Shown: piece after piece, positions 1 through 13,729 of the stretch
Layout: every line of letters starts with the position of its first letter
How positions within the stretch are numbered: the first letter of the stretch is position 1
NCBI GenBank assembly: GCA_030770535.1
Contig: JASVEC010000027.1
Location: forward strand, 1-64,000
DNA length: 64,000 bases
Direction: 5' to 3'
DNA from: Batkoa obscura
Lineage: Eukaryota
Notes under the pieces: generated by a model
The model's database searches: none
Told to the model about the DNA's origin: nothing
The model's input: only the letters and a program-made list of their open reading frames with translations
Program-made: the position numbers and the translations under genes

Positions 1-182
1 ATAGAATATTTAAAACAAAATGTATATTTTACAAATCTTTCAACTTGCTTATAAATCAAAAACATGTGTACAAAGAATTGAATATCGCTCATACTTTTCA
101 AGAGCTTAAAATGGTTTTAAGAAATTTCACTGTTTCTGAGCAGTTCTTGAGCAAAATTAAAACTATTGTTGATATCGATTAA
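1..182 (+). pseudogene. C-terminal remnant of a paralog of the downstream fungal transcription factor (frameshifted, truncated by window edge)
   Basis: nt 12-54 (aaacaaaatgtata..ttttacaaatctttcaacttgcttataa) align with ~2551-2597 of the next gene, with small deletions. Last frame reads ELNIAHTFQELKMVLRNF...VDID*, parallel to SDIDFVIQRVQILLFEF...LDVKE*; stop TAA 180-182. Confidence 0.65.
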
Positions 183-727
183 CTGCATTAAAGCTTTATC
201 TGTTACGATTTAACGGTATGTATCTATTTTTTAGTAATTTAGTTAAATTGAAATAATATTAGCCCAAAGCTATCTTGACATCTTCCCTTCTAATGCTAAC
301 TTTTACTTCTTATATCTTCATTCTTTATATTTTGTTCAACATGACTTCGATATTAACTTAATAGACTGTTTCACTGGTTTAATAATTTGGACCTTTTATC
401 GTTCCCACTGCGTCTATTATACGAGGGACCCAGGATCCGATTTATTGGCTCTACATTTTCACATTAGATCAAGAATAATATATAAAGATGACGTAACTGG
501 TCAATTAAGCTCTTAAGCGATTGTGTCTCCGAACTAAAACCCTTGACAATTTACATACTTTTCTATTTCAAAAAAAGCTATCATTCAACTCAATAAACAT
601 GCTTGCCCATTCGGGTTCAAGGTTTCAAAAAGAATAAAGCAAGATTATTATTTAATCCTTTTAAAACTAAAAATAATGAATTAAAATAAGATTATGTAAT
701 AACCTTATGAGTTTATTCCACTCAAAA

Positions 728-2727
728 ATGAATAACTTAAATTCTAAATTTTGTAATATCTTCAATAAAAATAATCATTTTTACTTAAAATTATGATAAT
801 TAAAGGCTATACTTTTGATACAAGTGGGACTAAAAGGAAATATACATTATATAATATACGAACAAAACAAGAGAAAGTAAATGAAAGGATAGACCTTTTA
901 GAAGCACGAATTGAGCATCTATTTCGAGAGATAAACGAAATTGAACGTGAGTTAAAAAGTTCAACTTCAAACTCAAAGCCAATTCTATACTATAATATCA
1001 AGAGATTGGATTATATCAAAAGATATCTAATCTGGGCTATTGACCAAATTAAGCTAAGTGCAGGTATCTCAAAGGAGTATCTAGAAACCAAATGTTGGGA
1101 TTACTTCGCTATAAACATAAGGAAGGTGGAAAGTGTTATAAAGGATTATATGAACTTCCATTCCGATCACTTATATAGCTTGAGAAATCGTGGTGGTAGA
1201 AGCATAGAGCATGTAGGTAATGAACCGAGTAAGTTTGATTATGGAAGTTTCTTAGAGATAGGGATAGATGCGCATAATTGTATATTGGTAGGATCAGGCT
1301 CCGAGTTTACTAGTCAGGAGTTAACTAAAATAATTAAAGATAAGAAAGGTGATTTTATTTATTATACCGTGCTAAGTACATTTGGATTTTTTCATGATAT
1401 GGCATGTGATGAAACGGCGAAAGACATATTTGATAAAGCCTATAATGAGTCTACCAATCTATTTCATCAGAGCATTAATACAGTAAGCTTTGATAATTTA
1501 AAAGCATTGGTATTATTTATTAAAATGAGCTGCTATGAATCGAATATTAACTTAATAAAAAGCGTTTTTCCAATAGTATTGAGGATGGCTTATTGTTTTG
1601 GGATTGATAAAATTGATTTGAAAGTGGATTTTCAAAATAAATCAAAACAAGAAATTTGTTTGATATTAAAGAAGTATAAACTGTGGGCTTATATTTTATT
1701 CATTATAAACGCAGATTGTATGGACTTCCTTGATCATGACACTCTTCCAAAACATATAAATAGTCAACTTATTGATATGGAACTATTACACCAACTTGAG
1801 AAGAAGTATTCTTTTTGTAATGGTAGATGTATAGATAAAAAGAGGGCAACTTCGTTTATCTGGTTTAACTCGATTGATACCTTTTCTATTATTTCTAGCC
1901 CTTTTAAGGCAATTAGCGATCCCATCCCCAACTCTGAACAAGCTTGTTATGATAAATTAAAGTTAATATGTAATGATTTTCAACAAGTTCAACAAGCAAT
2001 AAAATGCTATGTCCAACCTAATAGGAATTTTATTGTTGAAGAGCACTCAAGGAGTAGCAGAAAAGAAGCACTTTGTATGCAAAATTACCTATGTCGCTTT
2101 TCAGATAGATTTTGCATCTATCATAAATTTTACCTTTTAGTTCGTTACTCTATATTGCTCTACTGTAATCAGATTTGTTTAGTATGTCCCTCACTTTTTA
2201 ATAACACAGCCCAAAAGCAAGTATCTCTAAAAGATATATTAATAGTATTAGAAGCAGCACTTAAAATAGCATCAATTTATAAAATATTAATTTATGTTTA
2301 TTTTGAAAATATTGTTGGGCAATTAAGTGATACCCCAGATAATATTGGGTTTATAAACCAAATAAAAGCTTATTTAAACAACAACGCGAGACCTAATACG
2401 ACAGATATAGTCAATAAGATGATTTATTCAATTTTAAAGACAATCCAATTTGAAGAGCTACTTAGTGCCTTTTATGTGTTCCTTCTAGCAATAACATGCG
2501 AGAAATTTCAACTTCAAAGTAATTATCCTAATGAAGTAATGGACTTTTTGAAACAAAATTGTATATCTATTTTACAGGTACTTCAACTTGTTTATAACTT
2601 GGAAAGGTTTACTAATAAATCTGACATCGATTTTGTAATTCAAAGAGTTCAAATACTACTATTTGAGTTCCCTATGTGTTCTGAGCTTAAAGATACTTTA
2701 CTTGGTTGTTTGGATGTTAAGGAGTAG
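728..2727 (+). CDS. Fungal-specific transcription factor-like protein (coiled coil plus Fungal_trans/MHR-like region), no intact Zn2Cys6 cluster
   Basis: 644-aa ORF 793-2727. Probable true start aaaaATG at 728 with a 53-nt intron 753-805 (GTAATA...AAG), giving MNNLNSKFC-YTFDTSGTKRK. RIDLLEARIEHL coiled coil; LKALVLF...LRMAYCFGIDK...KLWAYILF resembles the middle homology region. Confidence 0.65.
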
Positions 2728-4134
2728 AAGTAATTCGTCAAAACTACATAAGCTATGATCGGTTTTTTATAGATATCCAAGTATCAAAAACTCCATGTTT
2801 CCCTTTTTTTAGAATAAGTAGCTAATATTATACTGTAATCTTATTTTCATTTTTAATAACTTGACCCCTCAGGCGTCTAAGCTTTTGAAAAGGTGACCAA
2901 GGTTAACTCATGACAATAAAGTCATTATATATTTTATAATCAATAGATAATATCTAGTCATTAATTGATTTGATTACTTAAATTTATGGCTCCACTAGTT
3001 AAAAGCTATTTTTGCCTATGACGTAAATATATGGCATATGCGCTTGATGGGTTAATTAAATACTTATATTTGTAGTAGCAAAATGTATTAGTATAAAGTT
3101 TCAATGAGTGATTAAAAAACCAATTCGTTATTAAAAAGAACAGGGATAATCACAAGATTTCCACATCCAATGAAAAACAAAAACCTATATCTCTGAAGTT
3201 TGTTATATTAATTCTTATAAATTTAAACAGCTAGCTAAATCAAATGACCTGCTCTGTTGGAAATCATATTATTTGATCTCTCTTTTATATAGTTTAAACC
3301 AAAGAATTAAAAGCTATTATTAATATCGCAAGCATTTAAATCATGATGTTTAAATGAAAATTTTATTTTAGATAAAACAATGGTGTATAAGATTAAACTG
3401 ATAAAATTCCAAAAGCTGTCTTTTTTTTTCTTGTGATATGTTTGCATAATTACTACTCAAACATATACAAGTAAAATAGTTCAATTAATATACATTGAGC
3501 TAAACACTGAAGTTGTGCTAGGAAGTAAATTACTTTTCCAACTTACTATATTTCATAAATTGTAACCTCTTTTTTTATATGGCCTTATATAACTAAAATT
3601 GGTCTGAAATTTTTATTTATTTATTATATTATCTTTTTGTTATATTGTTTTATATATATTTTTCTATTTAAATTTACTTTAAAAAGTTGTTAATACTTTT
3701 ATCTAAAAATATTCTAAAATTCTAAAAAATGAAAATATAATAATAAATAAAATAAAAATAAATTCAATATTAAATTCTTTTTAAATTTAAAAACAAAATT
3801 TATAATGTTTATTAAAAAAAAGAAAATAATTAAAGCATAAAAAAATTAATTGTAAAAAGCTGAAAATTAAAAAACTGCAATAACATTAAAAAAGTGTGTA
3901 AAATATGAAAAAAAAGTTATTTAATAAAATATAAAATTATGTTAACAATAAAAAAAATATAAACAAAAAATATTTCATAATAAAAAGCTGAGAATGTATA
4001 TAATATTTAAGTTATAGTTATATAATAAAACATAACTTTTCCTTAATTAAAAAGTATAACCAACATAAAAACGTTTAATAATTAAAATAAACCTAAAATT
4101 TTAATAGTTTATTGTATAATAAGTTATTAGATAT

Positions 4135-4231
4135 GGAGGTGTTTTTTTTGCTTCATCACTTTTTCCATCTTTTAAGCGCTATTTGAGCAGAAAATTATTA
4201 GTAAAATTCTCAAACGCAAAAATACATCCCC
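4135..4231. mobile_element. ~98-bp MITE family A, copy 1
   Basis: Termini GGAGGTGT / ACATCCCC, flanked by ATAT on both sides; internal sequence shared with the other copies. Confidence 0.85.
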
Positions 4232-4827
4232 ATATATTGAAGGGCCCTGCTTTTCAGGTTTATTTTAATTAATAAACATTTTTATGTTAGCTATCTTGTC
4301 TTTATTTTATTTGACTTGAGCATCTTCTATTTTAAATTATAGTTTTATGGCTCAACTTCTCACAATTACTTACAAGCTCAAAAACACATTAATCATTTTA
4401 TTTATGTCAGCCTTTTTAGTAAAGGAATTTCAATAATACGCTAATCAATAAATAAGGTATCAAATGACAATATAGTTTAAAAGATTAATTTTTATTATAT
4501 TAAAGCTAAAAACTTTGTTTGTACTATAAACCTTGACATTTAACTAATTTAAATAAATTTGTTTTTTATCAAACAGTGAAGGTGATGCAATAAATATCAT
4601 TGAAAATGTCAATATCTAAAAAACACTCATTAGCCAATGAAAGCTTGTTGGGTAGAATAACTAATTCTTTTTCGTTAACCCAAATGGGCAGAGACTGAGA
4701 ACAAATTTTAAGACAAAATTTGCAACCAAATGAGATATGCTCCAAATAGTAATGTAACTTTAATTAAAATAGAGCATTCACTTTTGCTTACAAATATTTT
4801 AACTTAGCGTACAGTTAGCAATTAACT

Positions 4828-6351
4828 ATGACTGGCTCAAAAAAAGATAAACTAGATACTATTTTTAAATATACAAAGATACAACTTACCCCAGTGAAAT
4901 TCTCTAAATTTTTAAGCACTCATTTACCAACTAGAACCTATCCCAACCTAGCAACCAAAACTAGGAACTCAACTTTTAAACAATCTAAGTATAGGTTTAC
5001 AACGAACCAACAAAATCAAGATCATATTGAAGCTCTAGCAAACAAAATATTGAATGCTGAGCTAAACATAAAGAAAAGAGCTTTAATTACTCATAGTGAA
5101 GATAGTGATCTTCACGATTTAGATCGCTATTTGGGCAATAGTGAAGGTATGCAACTTGAAGCAAGGCGGAAGATTGCGAAATTAACCAACGATGAAAAGT
5201 TAGCGTTTCGAGATCCGGTAATGTTTGAGCACTATAAACAAGGTTTTGATAACAATATCAAGCTTTGCAATTCTTTGAAGCATGACAATGTTTTAAGTGC
5301 GACATTGCTTGAGGATAAAACAAAATTTGAACATCATTTAAATAAGACCAATCAATCGGATGAAAAGCCTTTAAGTTTTGCATATGGAGATCATGTACCA
5401 ACAGATCCTGGGATGAAAATGATTACTTGGCTTGATGAAAATAAAGTTGCGATTTCAGTCAGTGGTAAGATGTCGAATGCCTACCTATTTGTTTATGATT
5501 TTAAAGCAGACAGACTATATCAATATCAACCCCATTTTCTGGAAGATAAATTTAATTCGGTTTGTGCTAGTTATTGTGGAACTAAATTAACTTTGGCCTT
5601 TTCAGGGTGCATTGTAGGTATCTTGGATAATGAAGCTCGTAGTATCACAAGGTTTTTGCTACCGGAAGTCCAGCTTGATCCAAAATTCCAGGTCATGAAA
5701 ACTTATCTTCTTAGTGAAGATTTGCTGCTGGTTAGCTTTGATAATGGGGAAATCGTGTTGTATGATATTGCAAAAAAAATCGTAAAAAGTAGAATTAAGG
5801 CCCACTTCAGTAAAGTGATTGATTTTATAATTACTAAGAAAGGGCATTTGGTAAGCATAAGTGAAAGTGGAGAGTTAAAAATGTTTGATTTAAATAATGA
5901 ATTCAAAGTTTTGTTGGAACATTGTGAAGAAAGGGGACCTATTATTGCTGTAGACTCCTGTCCATGGAGACCAACGATATTAGCCTTAGGTATAGGGGAC
6001 AAGAGGGGAACTATAAGATTTCTAGACACCTATGATCAGAAAATGATTGATACTTTAGTTACCAATGCCGCTCTTTGTAATGTCCATTTTTCTTCAAAGA
6101 ATAAAGAAATTGTTACCACACATAAAGTTGACGATGGTAATATTAAACTTTGGTCTTTTCCGGGTCTTGGGCTTGTTAAACAATTAAAATATGAAAAGGA
6201 ATCAGACAGGAAATTGTTCCATTCTGGACTTTCACCAAAGGGTACTAGAATGGTCACCATTCATCGTAGGAGAAACATATGTCTCTGGTAGGGTATTACG
6301 CAGTACTTTGAAGGGAGGGTTGGTTAAATTAGGGATGTAGATGATTATTAG
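4828..6351 (+). CDS. Divergent Cdc20/Fizzy-family APC/C activator-like WD40 protein
   Basis: 487-aa ORF. DRYLG (C-box-like), EKLAF (RILAF/KILR-like), CPWRPTILALG..GTIRF and KEIVTTH..IKLWSFP match the Cdc20 propeller. A likely 45-nt intron 6288-6332 gives the C-terminus CLWDVDDY* (TAG 6349-6351). Confidence 0.75.
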
Positions 6352-6836
6352 ATGTTAAAGTAAAAAACTATACTTTCTAATTTTTTATAATTGAAATTTT
6401 CTTTGTTTTCATAACTAATGTGTTGGAATTATTGATGCTTAGATGATATGTTCTAATTAGAATATTACATTTCTAAATCATATAGGAAGCCTAAATCTAG
6501 CTCTTTTATCATCCTTTTTTTAAAAAGTAGCTTGATACCGCATTTAAAATATCTATTAATAGGGGTAAAAAATAAGCATAGACCTAAGTATTATTTTATT
6601 ACTTCAGTTATTTGAAACAATGAAGATTTGTAAAGGAGTTATAAAATAATAAAAATGAATCATCGAATAGATCACTTTATGATGGTTTATTGATATTATA
6701 ACTGGAAATCATTTCGCTTAAAAAAGTAGGCGTAAGAATACTGGACCTTACTTTTCACACTGACACTTTATAAGCGAAGTATTATTTAAAACAATAAAAA
6801 TATAAATTAAAATCTAATTATAGCTTTACTAAAATC

Positions 6837-8049
6837 TTAATCTCCATTACCATACGGGAGGAATGGGAAAAAGCTAAGAATTATAATTAACACTTCCCAA
6901 AATTAAAAAACTAAAAGATTACCTAGAAGTCGTAGAAGAATGTCTTGAAAAATAATCAAAGTCTAGTGTGATTGCAGTAGCTAAAGCGACAGCCCTTTCA
7001 TCAAGACTAAGTTTCCTTTTTGTTTGGGGTAGCGAGTCCATGACTAAAGAGTAATGACCAGTATCTGTAAAAATCTAAAACAATATAAAAAGCATTTCTT
7101 ATATAAAATTTTAAGCATAGTTTACCTCCCTAGCAAACCCCGAAAAGCTTCTTGAGATAAAAGCCAACATGTCGTTATCTTTATCCTTTAACTCAAAATC
7201 CCACGAAAGGAAAGGGGCATCAATATAAGCAAACTGTTTATACCTGAGAATTTTATTAGTTTTATTTTTGATGTATTATTAAGCTTACCCAGCAAATAAT
7301 GCATACTTCCTTCTCCAAAGATGCCATTCTTTTTGAACTTCACCGATCACCTCGTCCTCTTTAGTGGATATAAATATTCTAGAATTGATAAACCAAAACG
7401 GACGATAAGTCTGAGTATTATTAATCGAAATTTCATTTTACTGTTAAAATTTTACCTTCAATATAACATTCCCCTGTGGGTCCAAGATATAAGCTTTAAA
7501 CGGGCGATGAGTGCGCAATACTTGTCTCATAATTGTGGTCCAAAAACTGCTTTCTTCAACTAGATAACCAACCGTTTGGCCTACTTCATCGTAAATTACA
7601 TATTTATTGTTTTGTTCAAAACCCTAAAGAATGGGATATAAGAACTAAGTTATTATGAGTTAATAGCATAAATACCATAAAAACATTCAACATTTCTAAC
7701 TGCCTAACAATAGTTAAGGTACCATGCGATAAAGTGGCGACCACTAAGCTATTTGTATGCAACTTATCTTGTTCATCAGTTGGTAGATTGTCTATTACTT
7801 GAATACTTCTATCATTGTCTATAGCTACCTTCTTTAGTTTGTTTTGTTGAATTCGTAAATCGCGTGCTTTTTTTTGGTACCTGTCATCAAATAAACCTAA
7901 AAAAGTTAATAGTTTTAAACAGTTTCTATTTGATGTATATTACTTGTTCTTCTTAGTGGCGAGTAAAATTTATTATTTATAGCTGTACTAGGGGCTAAGA
8001 TACTTTTAGTTAGGAGACTTCTAAGTGGCTTTAAATTGGCTATATACAT
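6837..8049 (-). CDS. AIM25: Mitochondrial phospholipid scramblase family protein (Aim25-like), multi-exon
   Basis: Manual splicing: presequence-like MYIANLKPLRSLLTK; IVRQLEMLNVFM-GFEQNNKY; RTHRPF; WHLWRRKY; IDAPFLSWDF; IFTDTGHY; LDERAVALATAITLDFDYFSRHS. Confidence 0.9.
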
Positions 8050-8786
8050 AGGAACAAATAAAATAAGTTTCTAAATTGAGATTTTGTTTGAAACTTTGGA
8101 GTTTTTGACAAAAATTCAATAGGCTTTGTGCTTCAACCAATGACGTGGTGTGGCAAAATAAGCAATAAATATTTATTTCTTTGTATTTAGTATCAAGAAA
8201 GGGATTGATCATATCATATTATAATTAACCAGTGTAAATGCAATGTAAGTAAACCAAGTAGAGTGGCGGACCAAATCTTATAGGAATAAAGTTTAAAGTG
8301 ACAGTTATAATAAAAGATAAAAATTTAATTTATTGGGTAAAAGTATATAACCAGTTAGTATTTGTATAGATATAGGGGTTTAAAAATATGAAAGAAACAT
8401 AGTGGCAAAACGAGTAATTGTATTTAATCATGATATATATGAAAGAGGCCTTTTAAAATAAAAGGAAAGAATTAGTTTAGGTTAAATGAATTAGAGTATC
8501 CACTTTTAAAATAGCAATCAAACGTTAAATCGCTAGCATTCTACCCTATACCTGTTCAATTTATAGCTTAGTTATAAAATCCACCCTGTACTAACTTTTA
8601 AGTATAAAGATTTAATAGGCATTCCTCTTTACATTGTATAAAGTCATTTTGAACTGAATATTTTTCTTCTCAAAGACTAAACCACGTTCCAATAAAAATT
8701 CAAGTAGCTAATTATTCAATGTTTCTTTAATTTTCATATAATAAAATAACTTAAACAGTACTTATAGGTATAAGCAATAATTAAAT

Positions 8787-10443
8787 TTAATCGATATTAG
8801 ACTGAATAGAGGTAATTTTTTCCTTTCTTTTTTCAATAAAAAAGCAAACGAGACCCATGACAAACAATATAGCATGGAATATCCCCATGATAATAAAGGG
8901 TGCTCCTGGGCGCCAATGGTCAAAGAGATAGCCACCTAACTTGGAGCAAATAATAATACCCAAGCCACCAAAAAACGAGTAAAGTCCAGACACAGTTCCC
9001 CTTAACTCAGGTTCAACAGTATCATGAGCAGATAAGAAAGACAACGATGTAACGATGGTACCTATCTCACCAACACCTAGCAAGCAAATAAACAAATAAA
9101 CAATCTTATTATAGGGTGAAGAGATAAATCCAAATCCAAAGTAGCCAACAGCGCCTAATAAAGAAGATAAACTTAACACCATGGAGGCTTTTATTTTGGT
9201 TAACAACACTCCTACAATAGGTGCTCCTATCAATGCAAATACTTGTGCAATACCAGATAACATCATTGCTAAACTATAAGCACTACGACATTGCTCTTTC
9301 ACTATGGCTGGATCAGTGAGATCTCCATCGTCGCTTATAAAACATTTGTTTTCATTGATAAACAGCTTGACTACCCAAGCACTTATAAATACAGTAAGGA
9401 TTATAGTATCTCCACGAGCCTAAATTTAGAAATGAGTTAAATAGTATTGAAAGTTAAACTCTACTTACCACAAAGCCAGAGATATAAGCCATGGCAATAC
9501 GTAAATCAGTGAAAAATAATTTACAAGCTCTTGGTAGCTTATTTATTCCATGAATAAACTCTTCTTTCATTGTTAAAGCGTTCCCATTCACATTGATGGT
9601 CCTGTTATTATTTTTAGGAAAAGTAAAAAAATTTATGATAGACCATGCAATTGCTATAGCCCCAACTATATATAATGTGACTACCACGGACTATAAGATA
9701 ATTAGTATTTATCGTTCAATAATAATAACAATCTATTACCTGAGTTTGAGAGCCAGTGAGTTTCTCTAATGAGGCTGGTAAAGGTACTAAAACAAACACT
9801 GAAACAACAGCGCCTAAAAACAATAAATATCACTTTTTACGTATATATAATAATATATACCTAATCCGGAAAACATCCCGACGATACCAGAAGTCATTCC
9901 ATTTTTAAGCCCTACAGTATCTGCTAACCCTGCAGCAACCATTGAGGTGATAGCGGAAGCACCAATAGCAAAGAACAACCTTACTATTAATAAATCCGGA
10001 AACACCCTTGAAGGTAACGTATAAAAAAATAGAGCTAATCCAACAATTAGGAATCCCAAAGAAAAGGTTATCCTTCTTCCAATTCTATCGGATACCAAGC
10101 CCCATACAATGACCATTATGATTGAAACAATCTCGTCCCATAAAGTAAAGGTGGCACTCAGTTCACCTAAACCGGCCGTTTCTTTGTATTTAAAAGCGAA
10201 TAGAAAGGCTTGAATCTGATTTATAAACACTATGAAGCAGATGGAAAAGAAAACGCAGATCAAATAAGTTATGAAATTTAAGATACTAACATTGCCTTGT
10301 AAATGAATGAATTTTAAAAAGGTCTTATCTTTGATTTCAGCATCCTTGATAGATGTAGCTTCATTATTGATTAGTCCTTGATTTGCTTGAGTTTCTAAGT
10401 CCACTAAACTGGCCTTATTAGTGCTCTGTGGTGAAGTTGCCAT
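8787..10443 (-). CDS. Major facilitator superfamily transporter, multi-exon
   Basis: ORF segments 9814-10443, 9454-9687 and 8787-9302 joined by short introns; motif A WGLVSDRIGRR, RGTVSGLYSFFGGLG, GGYLFD; many TM helices. Confidence 0.9.
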
Positions 10444-12149
10444 TTTTTGAATTCTTCAATCAACTTTTATTAAACTTTTTTTGTTTTTATACTCTCTTTA
10501 TTATTTTCGCCTTATTATTTTTATCAGATTTTGAACAAAAAAACTCAAAAAATAGTCTAAAAAAATAAAAAATAACAAAATCAAACTTGAATTTTCTTAC
10601 TTTTGTAACCTTTACAAATGTCATATACCCAATATTATCCCTTATTCTTTCCTATCTGATCAACTATGAGCCAATCATTTTTCCTTCAACTCTATTAAAC
10701 CATCTTTATTACAACCAAAAAGTCTTTATTAGGCAATTATAATGCCAATCAGATAACACACGGCAGGAAAGAAATTAAACTTTTCTATTTATTAATATTT
10801 CAAATAACATAAATAGAAGTGAGTAAGAATTAATTTTTTTAACTTTATTCTGATTTTATTAGATTGGATGGATATTAAGCTAATTTGGAAGTTTTTTAAA
10901 CACTGAAGTGGGGGAATGTTGTACAAAGTAGCTATGATATCTGCTCCTGTGATGTAATTATGCCTGAAGTTGAACTCTTGTTTGTGGATAGCGATTTATT
11001 ATATAAAAGATAGCTGTTTGATATTTAGTCCAAAAGTGGTAATCCAGCTTAATTCATAAAAAATCGTATGATAAACTAACAAAAGTTGTCATTATCGAAA
11101 GTATTTTTTACACTAACAACCTGCTTTGAATTTTTGCACTTTGGGTTGGATTTTGAGTTGACCTTGAAAGCAATAATTATACATCTATGCTCTCAAAAAG
11201 TAAACCTACTGAGCCCAGGCTAGGGGTCTCTAGATTCTTCAGTCAGGTCATTGTAGTATCTATTACGACGTCATCCAACCTCTCTTTTCACTCTGTTTTC
11301 CTTGATCCTTTAAACGTTGATCATCGTTGTAATGAAATGCAATAAAAACATAAAAATAATAAGTATATTTATTTAGTATTTAGGATTCTAAAGATACTTT
11401 AATTAAGAAAATGTAATGAATAAAAATAAATTTATTTAAATAACATATTGTTATAGTTAGTACGTAATATCATTATATACAAGTTTATTGTACTTGAACT
11501 CTAGTTCATAAAACAAAACTTTACAATTGTTAATCCATAGCTATTGGTAAATTCATTATAAAGATAAAGATAAAATAAACAAAAATATAATATATTTAAT
11601 AATATTCACATAATAGTTTTTATTTTCATTTATTGAAACTAATAGTATGAATCTAAGATAATAGCAAAAAAACTAAAAAAAATTAAAAAAATAATACTCT
11701 TTCCTCTTATTAAAAATTGTTTTTTAAAGCACTCTACTTGATGTATATTTATTTTTAAATTAAGGTACCAAATGCTATTTAACTAAATAACAATAATAAC
11801 AAAATAGGATTAAAGTTTAATCAAATCAAAATATATTATAGTTATTAAAAGTATACTTTTTATTAATTTATTTTTGTTATTTTATTTTTATTTTTATTTT
11901 TAAATATGGATAAACCCAAACCCAAAGTTCAACTTTTTAAAATTTATTTTGAAACTGATTCCATTTAAATGCTTCTATTATTTTTAACTTGTCATTAATA
12001 TACTTTATAGTGAATTTTTGATTTACTAATGTTTAAAACCTGTTAATTCATTATAAAATAAATTTACGGCAAATTAAAAAATAGTAAAGGCATCTAAATG
12101 CCATCAGTTCTAAAAAGGTAAATTAAACAAATGCTGAAAACAAAAGACG

Positions 12150-12248
12150 TAAGGATGTATATTTTGTTCAAGAAATTTACTAATATTTTTCTACTTGATA
12201 GCACTTAAAAAATGGAAAAAGGGATGAAATCAAAAAAACTATTTTCAT
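12150..12248. mobile_element. MITE family A, degenerate copy 2
   Basis: aggatgtat...tttactaat...atagcacttaaaaaatggaaaaag..atgaaatcaaaaaaac matches the family; termini eroded. Confidence 0.75.
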
Positions 12249-12359
12249 TAATCATTTAGAATCTTGTTTAAACGAGTAAGATAACTTTTAACTTCAAATG
12301 AATACATTATAGATATCAATAATATTTAAGTAAAAAATATAACTTTATTCCTTTTCCAA

Positions 12360-13438
12360 TTATAAATTGTTAACCTTAATCAAAGCCTTACCAAAACTCT
12401 TACTTTCAAATATACCAATGAAAACAGCTGGAAGGTTTTCGATCCTCCCAGTAATATATTCTTTATATTTCATTTTATCTTCAGCTAAATGTTTACTGAA
12501 CGTTTCAAAAGCCTTAGGGAAGAGATCCAATCTATCATTCATCATAAGTCTTTCCATGCATATTTTTTTACCAATTATTTGAATCAAATTATCAATTCCG
12601 TCACTTTGTCTACCTTTGCTATACTAAGAGACTATACCACATGCTTGGATATGGCACTTACTACTAGTTACTTCTAATACAGCCTCAGGTGTTTTTCCTC
12701 CTACATTTTCAAAATGAATATCAATACCATTAAGATAATATTCTTTAAGTATTGGGATTAAATCGTTGTATTTCTTATAATTGAACACAACATCAAAGTT
12801 CAATTCGTTTAATTAGCACTTTACTTTATCACCACTACCAGCTGATCCAGTTACTCTTAACTCTGACTGTTTACAATATTGACCAACTACTTGACCTACA
12901 GCCCCAGAAGCAGCATAGATAAAGATAATTCCTCCTTGCTTAGTAGATTCACGGATGATATGTAACCTAATATAGGAGGTGGCACCTGGTATACCGGTGA
13001 TACCTAAATAGTAAGTAAGTGGTAGCTTTGATTCACGGCCATCAGGAACCGATCTGGTATTAGCGGTTGAAATGATAGCGTGTTTTGACCAGTCTACAAA
13101 ATCAACTGCAATGTCACCCTTTTTGAATTTATTGGAGTTAGAGGCTATTACTTCGGATACAATCATTCCGCTCAATGACTTGTTAAGTTGAAAAGTTTGG
13201 AGGTATTTATCAGGTCCCGTGTCTTTGCTCGATGGCTTAATAAGTTAACTTTCACTTGGACGCATTCCGCCATACATATAAGAATCAACCGAAGGATGCA
13301 AATTACGAACTAACAATTGATCTTTTTCTAATGACACATTGTTGAAATCAAACTCTTCTTTGATTGTCTCAAAGTTATCATTGATGGTTGGTAACCTTTC
13401 AGATGGGCTTTACATATTACTTTCGTGTTGCTGACCAT
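12360..13438 (-). pseudogene. NADP-dependent oxidoreductase (PTGR1/LTB4DH/CurA-type MDR) pseudogene, intronless
   Basis: MVSNTKV start; LLVRNLHPSVDSYM, AASGAVGQVVGQ, GSAGS, FENVGG, FGKALIKV motifs. Frameshift near codon 9 and three in-frame stops (SES*LIK, KVKC*LNE, GIVS*YS). Confidence 0.85.
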
Positions 13439-13729
13439 TGCTTATTTTAATTAAATTTGTTATAAAAAATAGAAAGTTAATATTGGATCTTCATACTTGT
13501 TAAGTTGTAGATCTATTAGTAATATATTGTTAATGTTTGAACCACATACAGCAGCATTAGTTGTATGATGTAAGATATTGTTTTATTAAATTGCTTTGAG
13601 ACTTCTACTAGCGATCCTAAATTTTAAAAAGCCTCATCCCTAACCTGCTTCAAATTGATCCTAATATTAACATTAAAGTGCCATTTGAGCAGAAAATTGA
13701 CATAGTATTTAAAATTAAAAATACCATAT

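Noticed and set aside
595..660. HACPFGFKVSKRIK as a remnant Zn2Cys6 exon for the TF
   Set aside because: Only one Cys and no suitable splice donor; too weak to support.
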